Shown one piece after another: positions 40,575-54,279 of a stretch of 64,000 nucleotides of DNA. The notes under the pieces are model-generated. The model made no database searches. It worked only from the letters and a program-made list of their open reading frames with translations, and was not told the origin of the DNA. Source of the stretch: Octopus bimaculoides (Eukaryota); assembly GCF_001194135.2 (NCBI RefSeq), contig NC_068985.1:106539102-106603101 (forward strand), read 5' to 3'. The number at the start of each line of letters is the position of its first letter. The first letter of the stretch is position 1. The position numbers and the translations under genes were made by a program.

Positions 40575-42249
40575 CTTGAAACAAAGGAAAAAAGAGAAAC
40601 AAAATAGACTAGAGGCTTTAGTAAATGGCCTCAGGCCTCCATTGACTTGGATTGACAAAGTAGACAAAACATTGGATTAGTTACTAACATTATAGAACAA
40701 CATAATGGCAGTGAAAGGGTTTGGATGATGTGGAGGTGTCAGAAATAAGGTTGTGTTCACCAGCTGTCACAATACTCTTACAACAAATGTTTGTGTACAA
40801 TGTAGAAGAGTGACAAGAACCACAGGTGACAAAACAATAATCATCATAGCAACATCAAACATGGAACTGGAAGCTTAGAAGGTGGGTGGAGGGTAGAAAA
40901 TGTTCCAATGAGAAACAGAATAAAAGCTGAAATATTAAAATTTAGTCTGAAATAATTAAAAAAAAAAAAAAAAATACAATAAAAAGTGGTTATGAATTTC
41001 ATAAAATCATATACTATGTGTTGGAATTTAATAGATTAAAAAAAAATGATGATGATAATAATAATAATCTGCAGTGTCATCTGGTCTGTTGCTGAAATGA
41101 AGATATAGCAATTAAACAAATTACAATAATAATAAAGAAAAAAAATAAATAAAGAAAAGTTTGATGAAAGACTAACTAATACTGTCAATAGTGTTGGATG
41201 TATTTTGGGTTGTTAAGCAGGTTAACATTATACATATAATGAGCATTAAGTACAGACTATCTTCACTGGAATCCACATATAAATACAGTTGAGTAGAAAG
41301 AGATGTTACTTTATTACAAAAAAAATAAAATAAAATAAATCAGTGAAAGGTCTTAGGGGACAGGGGAAAAAAAAGAAAAGATTTCAGAAAATTAAAAAAT
41401 ACAACATAAGCAAACCATCCTACAGCATCTAAGACACATTACACAACTAACTACTGAGCAGCATCAAGCTGTATTAACACAAAGAACTGATTGCAAGTAA
41501 CAATGCTATCAATTCAAATTGACCTACAAATGTCAAGCTGAGTTTGAAATTAAATAAAATAATAGAAAAAAAAAAGGTTCTTTCTAGGAGGCAGTATCAC
41601 AGGTTTATAGTTTCTGTAGTTATATTAGTTTTGTTTTTACATAAAAGAAAATATTAACCTGATGGAAACCAGTTACGTATATACGAGAAGTATTTAAAAT
41701 ATATCTTTAGTGACCCCGAATCATGTATTAAACAGATATTTTGTTTAATCAGTTCACAGACTATGTAATTTTAAAGTAATCAATTAACAGTAACCTAGTT
41801 TAAAAGTAGCAGCCGTCTCTAAATAGCAGCTTTGAGAATTTACCAGAAGCGAATTAATAAAGAGAGATTCTTTGAAAAATACATTTTGTTTTAGAAGTGT
41901 TATGCAAAGAATTAACGTGGCTTTTAATCCAGATTATACTGCAGGTTTCCAATTGAATATTGACATAATGGAGTGAGTTTGCAGCAGGAAAAAACTATAT
42001 CAAGATTATCCCATGTGAAAATATTTTGATAAGTCTACTGCAGCTCTTTAATCTACAAAAGATTAATGAAGATACATTCAACTGAAAGAATCTAATTGAA
42101 GTCATGCACTAAACACAGCACAAAGTGATGGAATGGCCATGCTAAGGATGAATGGAGATGCAAGGGTTTATTTCCAGAAACGCAAGGGTTTATCCCTTAC
42201 ATTAAAATCTGTGTACATGGTAGATTAGTTGAACTAATTAACTACCATG

Positions 42250-42304
<55 letters not shown>

Positions 42305-42680
42305 GCATTATTATATGTACAAATGTAGATATGAGTGATCGTTGTTTTGTTTAGCCCCCACCCACCACCATCGGGCCTGACCAAGAAGGCCTATGATCAG
42401 AGACGTTCCACTGTTAACATCTTGTGGTTTCCTATGTGCAGGGAACTCAGGATCATACAGTATAATATCTTATTTAAAGGCAGTAAGGTGTGACTTGCGG
42501 AACATAAAGCTGCTATTTCCAGTAGGTCGAGAAATGATGTAGAGGCTTTCTCATTGGCTTGAAGTATGAGCCACAAAGAATGAAGGTAAACATGTAGTAA
42601 TCCATGTCTAACATAGTTTTGATTCTTGGTTAAAGCAGGAGTGACATCTAGGCATGTATTCTTATATCTGTGTGCATATA

Positions 42681-43046
42681 TCATCATCATCATCATCATC
42701 GTTGTCGTTTAACGTCCGCTTTCCATGCTAGCATGGGTCGGACGATTTGACTGAGGACTGGTGAAACCAGATAGCTACACCAGGCTCCAATCTGATTTGG
42801 CAGAGTTTCTACAGCTGGATGCCCTTCCTAACGCCAACCACTCAGAGAGTGTAGTGGGTGCTTTTACATGTCACCCGCACGAAGGCCAGTCAGGTGGTAT
42901 TGGCAACGACCATGCTCAAAATGGCTATTTTATGTGCCACCTGCACAAGAGCCAGTCCAGGGGCACTGGCAACGATCTCGCTCAAAAATCCTACGAAAGC
43001 CAGTCAGGCGGTACTGGCAACGGCCACGCTCAAAATGGTGAATTTT
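42681..43046 (-). mobile_element. RTE LINE 3' end with internally repeated 3' UTR units
   Basis: (CAT)n followed by gtttaacgtccgctttccatgctagcatggg..., the reverse complement of the plus-strand copies. Confidence 0.85.
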
Positions 43047-43659
43047 NNNNNNNNNNNNNNNNNNNNNNNNNNNNNNNNNNNNNNNNNNNNNNNNNNNNNN
43101 NNNNNNNNNNNNNNNNNNNNNNNNNNNNNNNNNNNNNNNNNNNTACACACACACACACACACACATTAGCAAAGCAGGTCTTGCCACTGACTCAAGAAAA
43201 TATCTAGTAAATGATCTACAAGCACGCGAGCAGACTGAGTCCTAAACTTGTTTCATTTGTGAAGGCAAATGATTTACAAGGCACCAGAAGGCTTCAAGAG
43301 ACACATACGTGTCCACAGAACATGATTACTGCTTTATTTTACTGAATCCTCATTTATCATTCATGAAAAGCCATCATATATATATATATATATATATACA
43401 TATATACACACATACACACATATATTATACATATATACACATACATATATAGTCCTACACATTTATGCATATTCACATACACACATATATTCATACAAGA
43501 CTGCAGTTAAGTTAATGATAATAAGGTCCTTAAAAAACTGATAGATAACTTGGAGGTGGAGAAACGTAAAAATCAATACATAAAACCAACCCCATACGGT
43601 CAGTTCATCATACTAAAGGAGACGGTACTCTCCTCCAGAAGAGCATCCTGCAGGAAGCA

Positions 43660-43830
43660 CAATCATGGGAGATGAAGTTGGACCTGGGAAAAAGATACAG
43701 TTACCCAACATGTCCTTTTGGCCTGAGGAGATAAAAGTCATTTTGATTGAAATGACAGTCCCATAGGAAGAACGATGCAAGAAAATTTCGAGCAGAAAAG
43801 TCATTAAGTACCAGGACATGGCCCAGTAAT
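43660..43830 (+). mobile_element. REL-endonuclease relic of an early-branching non-LTR element (HERO/NeSL-like)
   Basis: WEMKLDLGKRYSYP, then after a frameshift EIKVILIEMTVP*EERCKKISSRKVIKYQDM, matching the V.LIELTVPWE....RK..KY motif. Confidence 0.6.
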
Positions 43831-44708
43831 AAAAGGATACAATGAGGCAGGCCTAATTGCATTCACTTGAGGTTAGCTGCAGCAATTCCCTCACACGTGT
43901 ATGTATATATATATACACATATATCATCATCATCATCATTTAACATCTGCTTTTCATGCAAGCAGGAGTTCGATGGTTTGACAGGAGCTGTCAAGGCTCC
44001 AATTGTTTGTTTTGGCATGTTTTCTATGGCTGGATACCCTTCCTAATGGCAACCACTTTACAGAGTGTATTCGGTGCTTTATACATGGCACCAGCACTGA
44101 TGTTCTATATGTGACACCAGCATTGGTGCCTTATATGTAGACTGGCATGGGTACTTTCTATGAGGCACTGACACAAGTGCTTATATATGAGAACAGAAAA
44201 AGACACAGAAACTTTTTTCAGTGGATAAAGACAAGAGTTAAAGGGGAAGTTATTAAACATCAAATGTGCAACTATTAGAGAGCTTACACACTCTATGGCT
44301 ATGACAGCATATTGCATAAGGACAGTACTGAAAGATCTTAGGTAAGACCAAAGAGTCACAAAAAAGATGCCAATGACTGCAAGAACTAATGTAAGACAAA
44401 AATGTTTGAGTGAGTAAAAGACAAGGAAGATGAATTTTGGCAAGATTATCCTAGTTATTATTATGGGGTATAATATTAAAAAAAAAAAATCATTATTCAT
44501 AGGGCTAATTTCAATATTAATTCAAAACAACACACAGAAGGACTAAATATCAGTAATCATCATCAATACCTGGACAATACTACCTTGACTTCTGGGACTC
44601 ACAGGGCTAGTTAACTGGTTGCTATTGCATATCAGTAACTGAGATCACAGTACACCAGTTTGTCACAGAATATAAGCAATAAGTCCATAAAAAATATTCA
44701 AATAGACA

Positions 44709-45250
44709 CAGGCATGGTTCTGTAGTTAAGAAGCTCACTTTGCAACCATGTGGTTTGGGGGTTCCATCCTACTGCATGGCACGTTGGTAAGTGTCTTCTA
44801 CTAAGTGAATGAATTTGATAGATGGAAACTGTGGAGAAACCCATTATGTGTGTGTGTATATATCAGTGTATGTGTCTATGTGTTAGCCCCCTCACGCCAC
44901 TATTTGATAATTGGTTTTGATTTGTTTACATTGATGGCACCTTGGGTAAGTGTCTTCTACTATAGCCTCGTGCCAACCAAAGCCTTGTGAGTGGATTTGG
45001 TAGATGGAAACTGAAAAGAAGCCTGTTGTATATATGTATATATATGTGTGTGTGTGTGTTTGTCCCCCCAACATCGCTTGACAACTGATGCAGGTGTGTT
45101 TACGTCCCTGTAACTTAGCAGTTTGGGAAAAGAGCCTGATAGAATAAGTACTAGGCTTACAAAGAATAAGTCCTGGGGTCGATTTGCTCAACTAAAGGCG
45201 GTGCTCCAGCATGGCCACAGTCAAATGACTAAAACAAGTAAAAGAGTAAA
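44709..45250 (+). mobile_element. tRNA-derived SINE with CORE-like ccttgggcaagtgtc box; related copies near 17555-17690, 19205-19335, 23960-24065, 35015-35160 and 35780-35960
   Basis: tRNA-like head, internal (TG)n, 3' tail ggcggtgctccagcatggccacagtcaaatgactaaaacaagtaaaag. Parts recur several times in the window. Confidence 0.7.
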
Positions 45251-46398
45251 CAGCATGGTGGCTGCTGCAATATTTTTTAAATTTCTAACTACAAATATTT
45301 TGAATCTTTACTTGGGAAAATATGTTCAGAGGGGCTTGAAATAACTAGAAATAGTGACCCAGTAGAGGAGCTTAACACTTTAGATGTTAAGGGTGGTTCA
45401 TGAAGGTAAAAATGTTGTGATTAGTATTTACAATAAAACTAATAAATTTAATTTTCATATTGCTTTCTTGCCCTTGGTACTATGTAGAATTCCTCTAAGA
45501 GCAGAGTATAATGTGTTTCCAAGTTATTAGATGAAGAAGAATTATAAATGAAATTTGGTGTGTTTTTGGAAAGAGTTAATTCATATTGGATGTAATGTGA
45601 ATGTGTTACAATTTGTGGATAGGTTGTCATATTATTATTGTGCATTGTTGTTTATAATACCATTTCCATTAAGGAACAGGTATGGACTTCTGCTTATATT
45701 TTACTCATGGTCTTTTGGCTACAGGCTTTGTAGTGCAAGTCTTAAAAGTACAAGAATGCTGGGGTCAATTTGTATGACTAAACCCTTCAAGATGATGTCT
45801 AAAGATGGTCACAGTCCACAGACTGAAACAAGTAAAAGATGAAATAAGCCATAAACATTAAAAGCCAATATAGACAACAACATTACTCCCAAATATAGAA
45901 AGATGCAAAAGTCTCTATGAGGTGATAAATAAAGATCTTAAATTGCTTAAATAAATAACTTAAGGGTAGCAAGGTGTCCCACTTAAAAAGAACACTTCTT
46001 GAGATAAAACAAAAAACAAAAGAACAAAAAGACTCAAGTCAGATGCTCTCATAAAGAGTGGCAGGAAGAAGGAGAAACTCTGGAAAAGATATAAGAATGA
46101 ACTTCTATATGACCTTCTATAAATTTGCAAAAGAATCTGCCTCAGTGCATCACAAATGTAGCTGAAGGAAAAAAGCTCAAAGACTGAAAACCACAAACTG
46201 ATAAGTGAAACATCAAATGAGTAACTCAAAGGTATTTTCACTTCCCCACTGAGAGATATGCAAATAAGCATTTTAACTTCTTCAACACCATAATTCTATG
46301 TAAGAGTTAACCATTGATTATATTGATAAACATTATGCATTTGTGTGTGTGTATAAAACATATAAACACACATGCACATATGTATATATATATATATA

Positions 46399-47300
46399 TC
46401 ATCATCATCATCGTTTAACGTCCGCTTTCCATGCTAGCATGGGTTGGACGATTTGACTGAGGACTGGTGAAACCGGATGGCAACACCAGGCTCCAGTCTG
46501 ATTTGGCAGAGTTTCTACAGCTGGATGCCCTTCCTAACGCCAACCACTCAGAGAGTGTAGTGGGTGCTTTTACGTGTCACCCGCACGAAAACGGCCACGC
46601 TCGAAATGGTGTCTTTTATGTGCCACCCGCACAAGCCAGTCCAGGGGCACTGGCAACGATCTCGCTCGAAAATCCTACAGGAGCCAGTCAGGCGGTACTG
46701 GCAACGGCCACGCTCAAAATGGTNNNNNNNNNNNNNNNNNNNNNNNNNNNNNNNNNNNNNNNNNNNNNNNNNNNNNNNNNNNNNNNNNNNNNNNNNNNNN
46801 NNNNNNNNNNNNNNNNNNNNNNNNNNNNNNNNNNNNNNNNNNNNNNNNNNNNNNNNNNNNNNNNNNNNNNNNNNNNNNNNNNNNNNNNNNNNNNNNNNNN
46901 NNNNNNNNNNNNNNNNNNNNNNNNNNNNNNNNNNNNNNNNNNNNNNNNNNNNNNNNNNNNNNNNNNNNNNNNNNNNNNNNNNNNNNNNNNNNNNNNNNNN
47001 NNNNNNNNNNNNNNNNNNNNNNNNNNNCGGGTTCCCTCAACTGTTAGGGTGTGGCACTTTTTCACGCAGCTATCCTCCTCCATTCTCACCACATGTCCAT
47101 ACCAGCGCAATCGTCTCTCTTGCACGCCACAACTGATGCTTCTAATGTTCAGCTTTTCTCTCAAGATACTTACACTCTGACGGGTATTCACATTGACATT
47201 ACACATCCAACGGAGCATACTGGCTTCATTCCTTGCGAGCTTACGTATGTCCTCAGCAGTTACAGCCCATGTTTCACTGCCATGTAGCATGGTTGTTCGT
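46399..47300 (-). mobile_element. RTE LINE 3' fragment with C-terminal ORF remnant
   Basis: YDACVRTTMLHGSETWAVTAEDIRKLARNEASMLRWMC...RRLRWYGHVVRM is the typical RTE-clade post-RT domain. The 3' UTR and (GAT)n tail follow across a gap. Confidence 0.9.
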
Positions 47301-47353
47301 ACGCATGCGTCATACAGTATATACATATATATACACATATATATACACACACA

Positions 47354-48180
47354 TGTCATCGTTTAACATCCGCTTTCCATACTGGCATAGGTTGGACGGT
47401 TTGACTGAGGACTGGCAAGAGAGATGGCTGCACCAGGCTCCAATCTGATCTGGCAGAGTTTCTACACCTGGATGCCCTTCCTTACACCAACTACTCCGAG
47501 AGTGTAGTGGGTGCTTTTATGTGCCACCGGTACAAGGGCCAGTCAGGCACTACTGGCAATGACCACGCTGAAATGGTGTTTTTTACATGCCACCTGCACA
47601 GGAGCCAGTCCAGCGGCACTGGCAACAACCTTGCTCTAATGTTGCTTTTCACATACCACCGGCACAAGTGCCGGTAAGGCAATGCTGGTAAATATCACAC
47701 TTGAATGGTGCTTTTTACGTGCCACCGGCACGGGAAACAGTCAGCGGCCCTGGCAATGATCACGCTTGGATGGTGCTCTTAACGTTCCACTAGCACAGAT
47801 GCCAGTCAGGTGGTGCTGTCATCGGCCAGGTCAGCGAATTTGATTTCAATTTCACTTGCCTCAACAGAGATAGTGTCCAATGAAAGGAAGGTATGCATTA
47901 GTGGGCTGGTTACACCACTGGCATAGGCCATGGGTTATGGTCTCACATGGCTTGCTGGGTTTTCTCAGGCACAGCGTATTTCCAAAGGTCTCGGTCATTA
48001 GTCATTGCCTCGGTGAGGCCTAATGTTCGAAGGTCATGCTTCACCACCTCATCACAGGTCTTCCTTTTCCACAGGTTCCCTCAACTGCTACAGTGTGACA
48101 CTTTTTCACACAGCCATCCTCATCCATTCTCACCATATGACCATACCAGTGCAGTTGTCTCTCTTGCACATCACATACAC
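47354..48180 (-). mobile_element. Second, older RTE LINE 3' fragment in tandem
   Basis: VQERQLHWYGHMVRMDEDGCVKKCHTVAVEGTCGKGRP plus a diverged copy of the same 3' UTR. Confidence 0.85.
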
Positions 48181-48267
48181 ATTTTATATATACATATACA
48201 CATCTATATCCATATACATATGTTTTCCTGAAATTTCTTTGTTTCTTCTGTGTTACATTTTTCATTA

Positions 48268-48319
<52 letters not shown>

Positions 48320-51300
48320 CATGCACACACACATATATATATACATATATAAACGTGTGTGCGTGCGTATACACACACACACGCAAATAGAAAGGTGTTA
48401 TAACGACTATTTGATAAACAACTGATGAGGGTTCGAGGATGTTTGTGTTCACTCGTGTAAGGCTTTTATTTACCCATAAATTTCTTTGTGATCGCTCTTC
48501 ACTACCTTTTCTCAAGAGTCATGAAGCAAATTCTCAGGTTCAGTTTAAAAAAAAACTATACATATATATGTATATACACATATATGTACACACACACATG
48601 CGTGCACGTACACACACGCATGAACACACACACATACATAGACAACTGTATCTTCATGTTCAACAGTACTGTTTTATAAGAAACACCATGACATTAATGT
48701 CATCTTCATCTCATAATGGTAATTATCATGAGAAAAAGAATCATTAAGGACAATCAGCAGAATAAGTGAAATTGAATTTGTATTGAGCACAAAATGTAGA
48801 AATTGTTGAACACTATAGTACTAGGCAGTCTGTAGACACGTGGGCAGTGAAAATGATGGTGAAGGGGCCATTCCAGCTAGAATGTTAAAAGAAAGATGTG
48901 AAATGAAATCTCCAAGACAGAAATACTATCTAGCAAGCTAATTATGATATGGAAAATAAATAAATAAAATAAGAAACAAAAAGAAAATAAAACCACAAAG
49001 AAACCAAGTCTGAAGCAGTCACTACTGTTTCTAATGAGAAACAAACTAGTACAAAACATTTTTTGAGAGATTTGTTAAATTTTAGATTAGAGAATTTGAT
49101 TGGAATGAGTTATATATACGTTTATTAATTATTATTACTAATATTTTTGGATAAGTTTAGTCAATGGAAGAAGGCAGGATCTACAGGCAACATTCCTAAA
49201 CTGGTGAGACTAAAGCCTTGAACCTTAGCCTAAACAGCTGCAGGGGAAAATGTAGGTTGGGATAGAACTGAACTTAGTCTGATTATTTGCCACAGAATGA
49301 ACTTCAGTAAAAGCCCCACCAAAAACCAGGAGGTGATGTTAAATTAAGCTGTGTATTTAGGGGACTTATTGTTAAGAAAAACTGAAATTTCTGGATTCAT
49401 TCCCATTTTTAAAGTTTCTGTGTTTTCACCATTAGTTTTTAGTCAGTCTATTATTCAACCACCTTTAAATATCTCAAGGAAACATGAAATCTATGCAAGG
49501 TTTTAAGATAGCTATGAGTTCAAATACTTAAATCTGCAAATTTTATGACAAGTGAAAATGCTATGTTGAACTGGTTCAGATGCTGGTTTAATTGTTAAGC
49601 CATAGATGAGCCTTGATTTAAGAGAACCTATGATTAAAAATGTTGTAGCCATGATCATCAAACCTTTTTCAGACAAAGTTTTTAAAATTATATTTTCTGT
49701 TCTTTTTTTTTTCGCAAGCCAGTAGGGTGTGATTTGAGAGATTTTACTGTTATTTCTAGCAGATCAAGAGATCAATTAGAGGCTTTCCTGAAGGATTCTT
49801 CGACTATGTAGAAGCTCTGCTGTTGTCTCAATGTTTCAACAATGGATTTGATAAGTTTTTCATGAAAAATATAAGCAGCAGTGATACATATGCATGACTG
49901 AAAATAACTTTTGCCAAATATAACTACAATCCCTCACCATTAGTGGACAGCCTTGATCTCTCTGCTTTTCCTCACATATTTCATTACCAGTAATGTCAAT
50001 GGGGTACATTCAACTATTTATATCTACTCCTAGTATAAAATTATATCTCTGCAACGGTAGATATTGGATATAGTTATTACTATTCATGTAGAACACATCA
50101 TTTGAATCATTAGATCTGTATGTGTGCGTGTTTTCCTAGCCATAAGATTTTCAGTGTCTAGAAGTTGTCGTTTTGGATATATTTCTTGATTATCCAGCTT
50201 TTGCTGACAAAATGTGACAGTTTTAGCAGTTACATAGATAGGTGCCAGCTTCTTTGTTGCAGTCATAAATGTGACTATTGAAAGCACATACAACTTGTTT
50301 GTTTATCAATTCTATGAAGCTAGATTGCAAGCAAAAATACTGTACAAGTGGCCTCTTGTATGCTTTACACATTGGAAAAGTAAAGATGTGTGTCAGTCTT
50401 CTTCCTTACTCTCTCTCTTTCCTGGGGCTTCATATGATATGGTCTGAGATTTTTACTAACCTCTGACTTAACAACAGGCAACAATCTGTCTTCTATCAAA
50501 ATTGTAACTAATATCTAACATAAACCCTTCAATCCAACCTATAAAGGTTCTATCATACACTGCATCTTCTTTCAATTGCAATATTCTGAGAACATATCAA
50601 AAAGGATTTTATTAATGCCAAGAGCATAAATGCTATTTTTCTGCGGGTGGTATTGTGTTCTGCTACAAAATCAAACAACATGCAAAATATAAATTTGATG
50701 TTATCTCACGACTAGCCTCCTATTCTTCCTCTACAGCTAAGCTTCATCATAATTTCTGTCACTGAGTAAATTTCTAGAATCTGCAACAGATTCTTTTGTT
50801 TTCCATCAAATGAATGAAGAAATATTTTTTCTCAGTAAACTCCAAAGATTTTATATTTCAAAGAATTCTAATTTGATAACCACTTATTGGAAGTTAAAGT
50901 GAAGTTGAGAAGTTTTTCCATAATGTTTTGTACAAGCCAAACTTTGGTTAGGGAAATCTAAGGAACATCAAGTCATGCCACATAGTTGGAGAAAGGAAAA
51001 AAAAAAATAGCTGTCACATAACTAACAAAATATGATCAACAGCATTATCTATATCCTTACTGATTTAGATCGAGACCAAACAACAGCTGTACGTTAGTTG
51101 GCTACTTCAGTACTTTATTTTTATACTGCCAGAAGGAAGATGAATGGCAGATACATTTATATGATGCGTGACTATAGACAACCAATAAAAGCATGAACTA
51201 ATAAGCTATAACAATGCATACATGTATGTGTCTGTCTGTCTGTCTCTATCTATCTATCTATCTATATGATGAATAACTAGCTATACAAATGTGTGTACAT

Positions 51301-51985
51301 TTTTAAGTTTCAAAAAAGCACTCAATATAGGAAAGTAGAGTGCAGTAAGTTTTATTCATACATGAAATTCATCTGACAAATGCCTTTTTCAATATACCAT
51401 AGACTTATAGTGATTGGTTCTGCAATAAATTTGTGTGAATCATGATAGTGGAGTAACACTGTGATCTGCTGCTCTACTGTATATCTTAAACACTAAGACG
51501 GGCTAAGGGATGACTTCTATAGAAGTTATCTGCTTGATATAAGGGCCACAACACAAATGCTAGAGCAACACCCAGACTTTATAAAACACTCATTGTACTA
51601 CTTTATTCAATCAAACTATGGGTGGCAGAATAAAGTACTGAGATATTAGTTTTTTACTCTACTAGAATAAAAGAATATTAAACAGTTAGGTAAACTGTTG
51701 TGGTAGATCAGAGAAACATATACATGTTTATATTCCTTTAAACTAAGTGTAAATACTAAACTTCTTTATCTCTTAGATACCCTTAATTACAATTTTAATA
51801 ACCGAGATCGCTGACCACGACATTTAAAATTTTTTTTCTCCTTGTTCTTCTCCTTATTTCTTTCTGTTGAAGAGCGTAGCTCGAAACGTTAAAGACTTTC
51901 TCTATTCCCGAGCGTTAAACTAATACATCCTTTTGTTGTTTACACCACCTGTCCTCGTCTGTTGTTGTTTTTTTCGTAAATTCTC

Positions 51986-52065
<80 letters not shown>

Positions 52066-52807
52066 GTATATATATATATTATATACACACACACACCTAC
52101 CAGATACTGACTTTTGGGGTACTTTCATTCATATATATATATATATGAAAGTACCCCAAAAGTAGATACCTGATGGGTATCTTTCAATCACTTTTGATTA
52201 TTTTATAAACATCTCATTTGCATCTACATCTACACTCAGCCTTAAAAGAGATGATTTATAAAAAACAAATTTCTACTCTGGAAGATTGTTGGTGGCACAA
52301 CCTGAGAAGAATATGTTGTTCCAAACCTTGTTTAATACCAGCTAACTATATGTAAGAAAGGATGAATAAGTATGTTGACATCATATATATTGTTAGTAAT
52401 GTGACAGAACAATCAGCAAAAGAATCTAGATTGAGAACCAAGGCTTGCAGTTTCTTTTCAAACTACTCAATTCTACCATGTCAAACTTGAACCAAGATCA
52501 TAATAATGGTAGCAAAACAGCAGCAGCAGCAACAACAGCAGCAGCAGTACTATTAGTAAGTTTGTATAAATATTTACAGAGATATACACATGCACATAAT
52601 GCACTGGTTAGTGTGCATGAGCATGTCTGTATAAATATCTATGTTTCTCTCTATATATACATGTGTGCATGTGTGTGTGTATGTGTATATATATATATAT
52701 ATATACACATACACACATATATATATGTACATATAAATATATGCATATATATATATATATGGATACACACACACATACATGCATATATGTTCACAGAATT
52801 TACCTAC

Positions 52808-52885
52808 CTGACGTTCCTAACCAGCATTGTCTGCTCAGAAGGTCCTGCTCTGTGGAACAGCGAGAGTTCGTCTTGGAAAACGAAA
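52808..52885 (-). CDS. CaMKII: Candidate CaMKII variable-linker exon: SFSKTNSRCSTEQDLLSRQCWLGTS
   Basis: Donor CAG|GTAGGT ending in phase 1. A long AG-free pyrimidine tract lies upstream. Three possible acceptors (exon starts 52885, 52871, 52849) share this open frame. Locally CpG-rich. Confidence 0.45.
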
Positions 52886-53666
52886 CTAACCCATGGAAAA
52901 ATGTGGTGGGAAGAAGAGTAGTAGTAGTAATAGTAGAAAATAACATAGATGAAGACAGAAAGGAAAAGTGAGCAAAGTCAAGAAAAGGAAAAAAAAAGGG
53001 AGAAAAAACATTAAAATTAGGAATTCCCAACTATAGGAAAATGGAATTCCAAACTGTGATAATTTTAAATGGCAATTTTGTGGAGGTGCTTAATGATAGG
53101 GACACATTAAAAGCTGCGTGTCTTCAAGCTAGTGTATTTTAAACTAAGCTACAGATATTGGTGGAATAAGGCAACATAAGACAACAGATAGAACTCATAC
53201 ATAATATACATAGTAAATCATTATAGCACACATTGATTTCAGGTAAAAATAACACACATTTCAAATGCAATATAAGAGAAAGGTTGAAATTCTAACTCAC
53301 TGCAAGTGATAAGAAAGAAAATGCAAGGCATTCTGCATGAATTCTTTGCACTGTCTCTTTAGTTTTCTTATCCACTTCTGATCACTAAATATTTCAATTT
53401 CTTTTGGAATCTCAAAATTATTGAAATTATCATTGGTACCATCATCATCATCATCATTATTTTAAAAGCTATTATTAGAACTATTACAAGCTATATTAGT
53501 TAGCAGGGATGTTCTCTTAAGGTTTGGTGACAACAAGCCTCCTCAGATATCAAGAATCTTTTTAAAGATTCTTGCAGAATTTAGGAGTGCACTTTTCTGT
53601 AGGCTGACAATGTGCGTCTCAATTCCAATATATATATAATACTGAATATATTATATATCAAGTCTC

Positions 53667-53712
<46 letters not shown>

Positions 53713-54132
53713 AGGAAGTCAAAAGGTGACTGAATTGGTAGAGCAAGACAGAATTCAGTTGTACCACTGAGTTGAAATCAGCTTTGCTTTTCAGTCTTTC
53801 AGGATTGATAAAACACGTACCAGTTATTAACTGTGCCCTCTCACAAAAATTATACCTTTGTGCTTACAATAGAAATCATTATTAATAATATTATTGTACT
53901 ATTTTTTTAGCTGAAATCTAGCTAGAGCCATCTTAGCAGATCATTCATCCTTCCATGAACAATAAAATCTATAACTCTAATGCATTCTGATAAATTTTAT
54001 CAACTTCATCAAATTCCTGAGAAAGGATTTTTACATCTACAATAAATAAATAAAAGAACAAAATTCAGGGTATTTTTGCATAACAGCCTGATTGTAAAGT
54101 ACAGAAATAAAATTAAAATGGTTAAATTCTAT

Positions 54133-54134
<2 letters not shown>

Positions 54135-54202
<68 letters not shown>

Positions 54203-54235
54203 TAATAATAATAATAATAACAACAACAATAATAA
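54135..54235. repeat. (AAT)n microsatellite
   Basis: Read directly from the sequence. Other (AAT)/(TAT) tracts at 3170-3280, 53667-53711 and 62997-63055. Confidence 0.95.
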
Positions 54236-54279
54236 TCTAAGCTAAAACTGGAACTACAAAATACTACGATAAAACAATG

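Noticed and set aside
41066-41092. Good acceptor tatcttcatttcAG near 41093; similar orphan acceptors near 29401, 48887 and 54040
   Set aside because: No usable donor follows, and the frames run into stops or repeats.
52808-52849. Resemblance of TMLVRNV to the regulatory exon TTMLATRNFS
   Set aside because: It needs phase 2 at both ends and lacks GAIL and FS, so it is likely coincidental.
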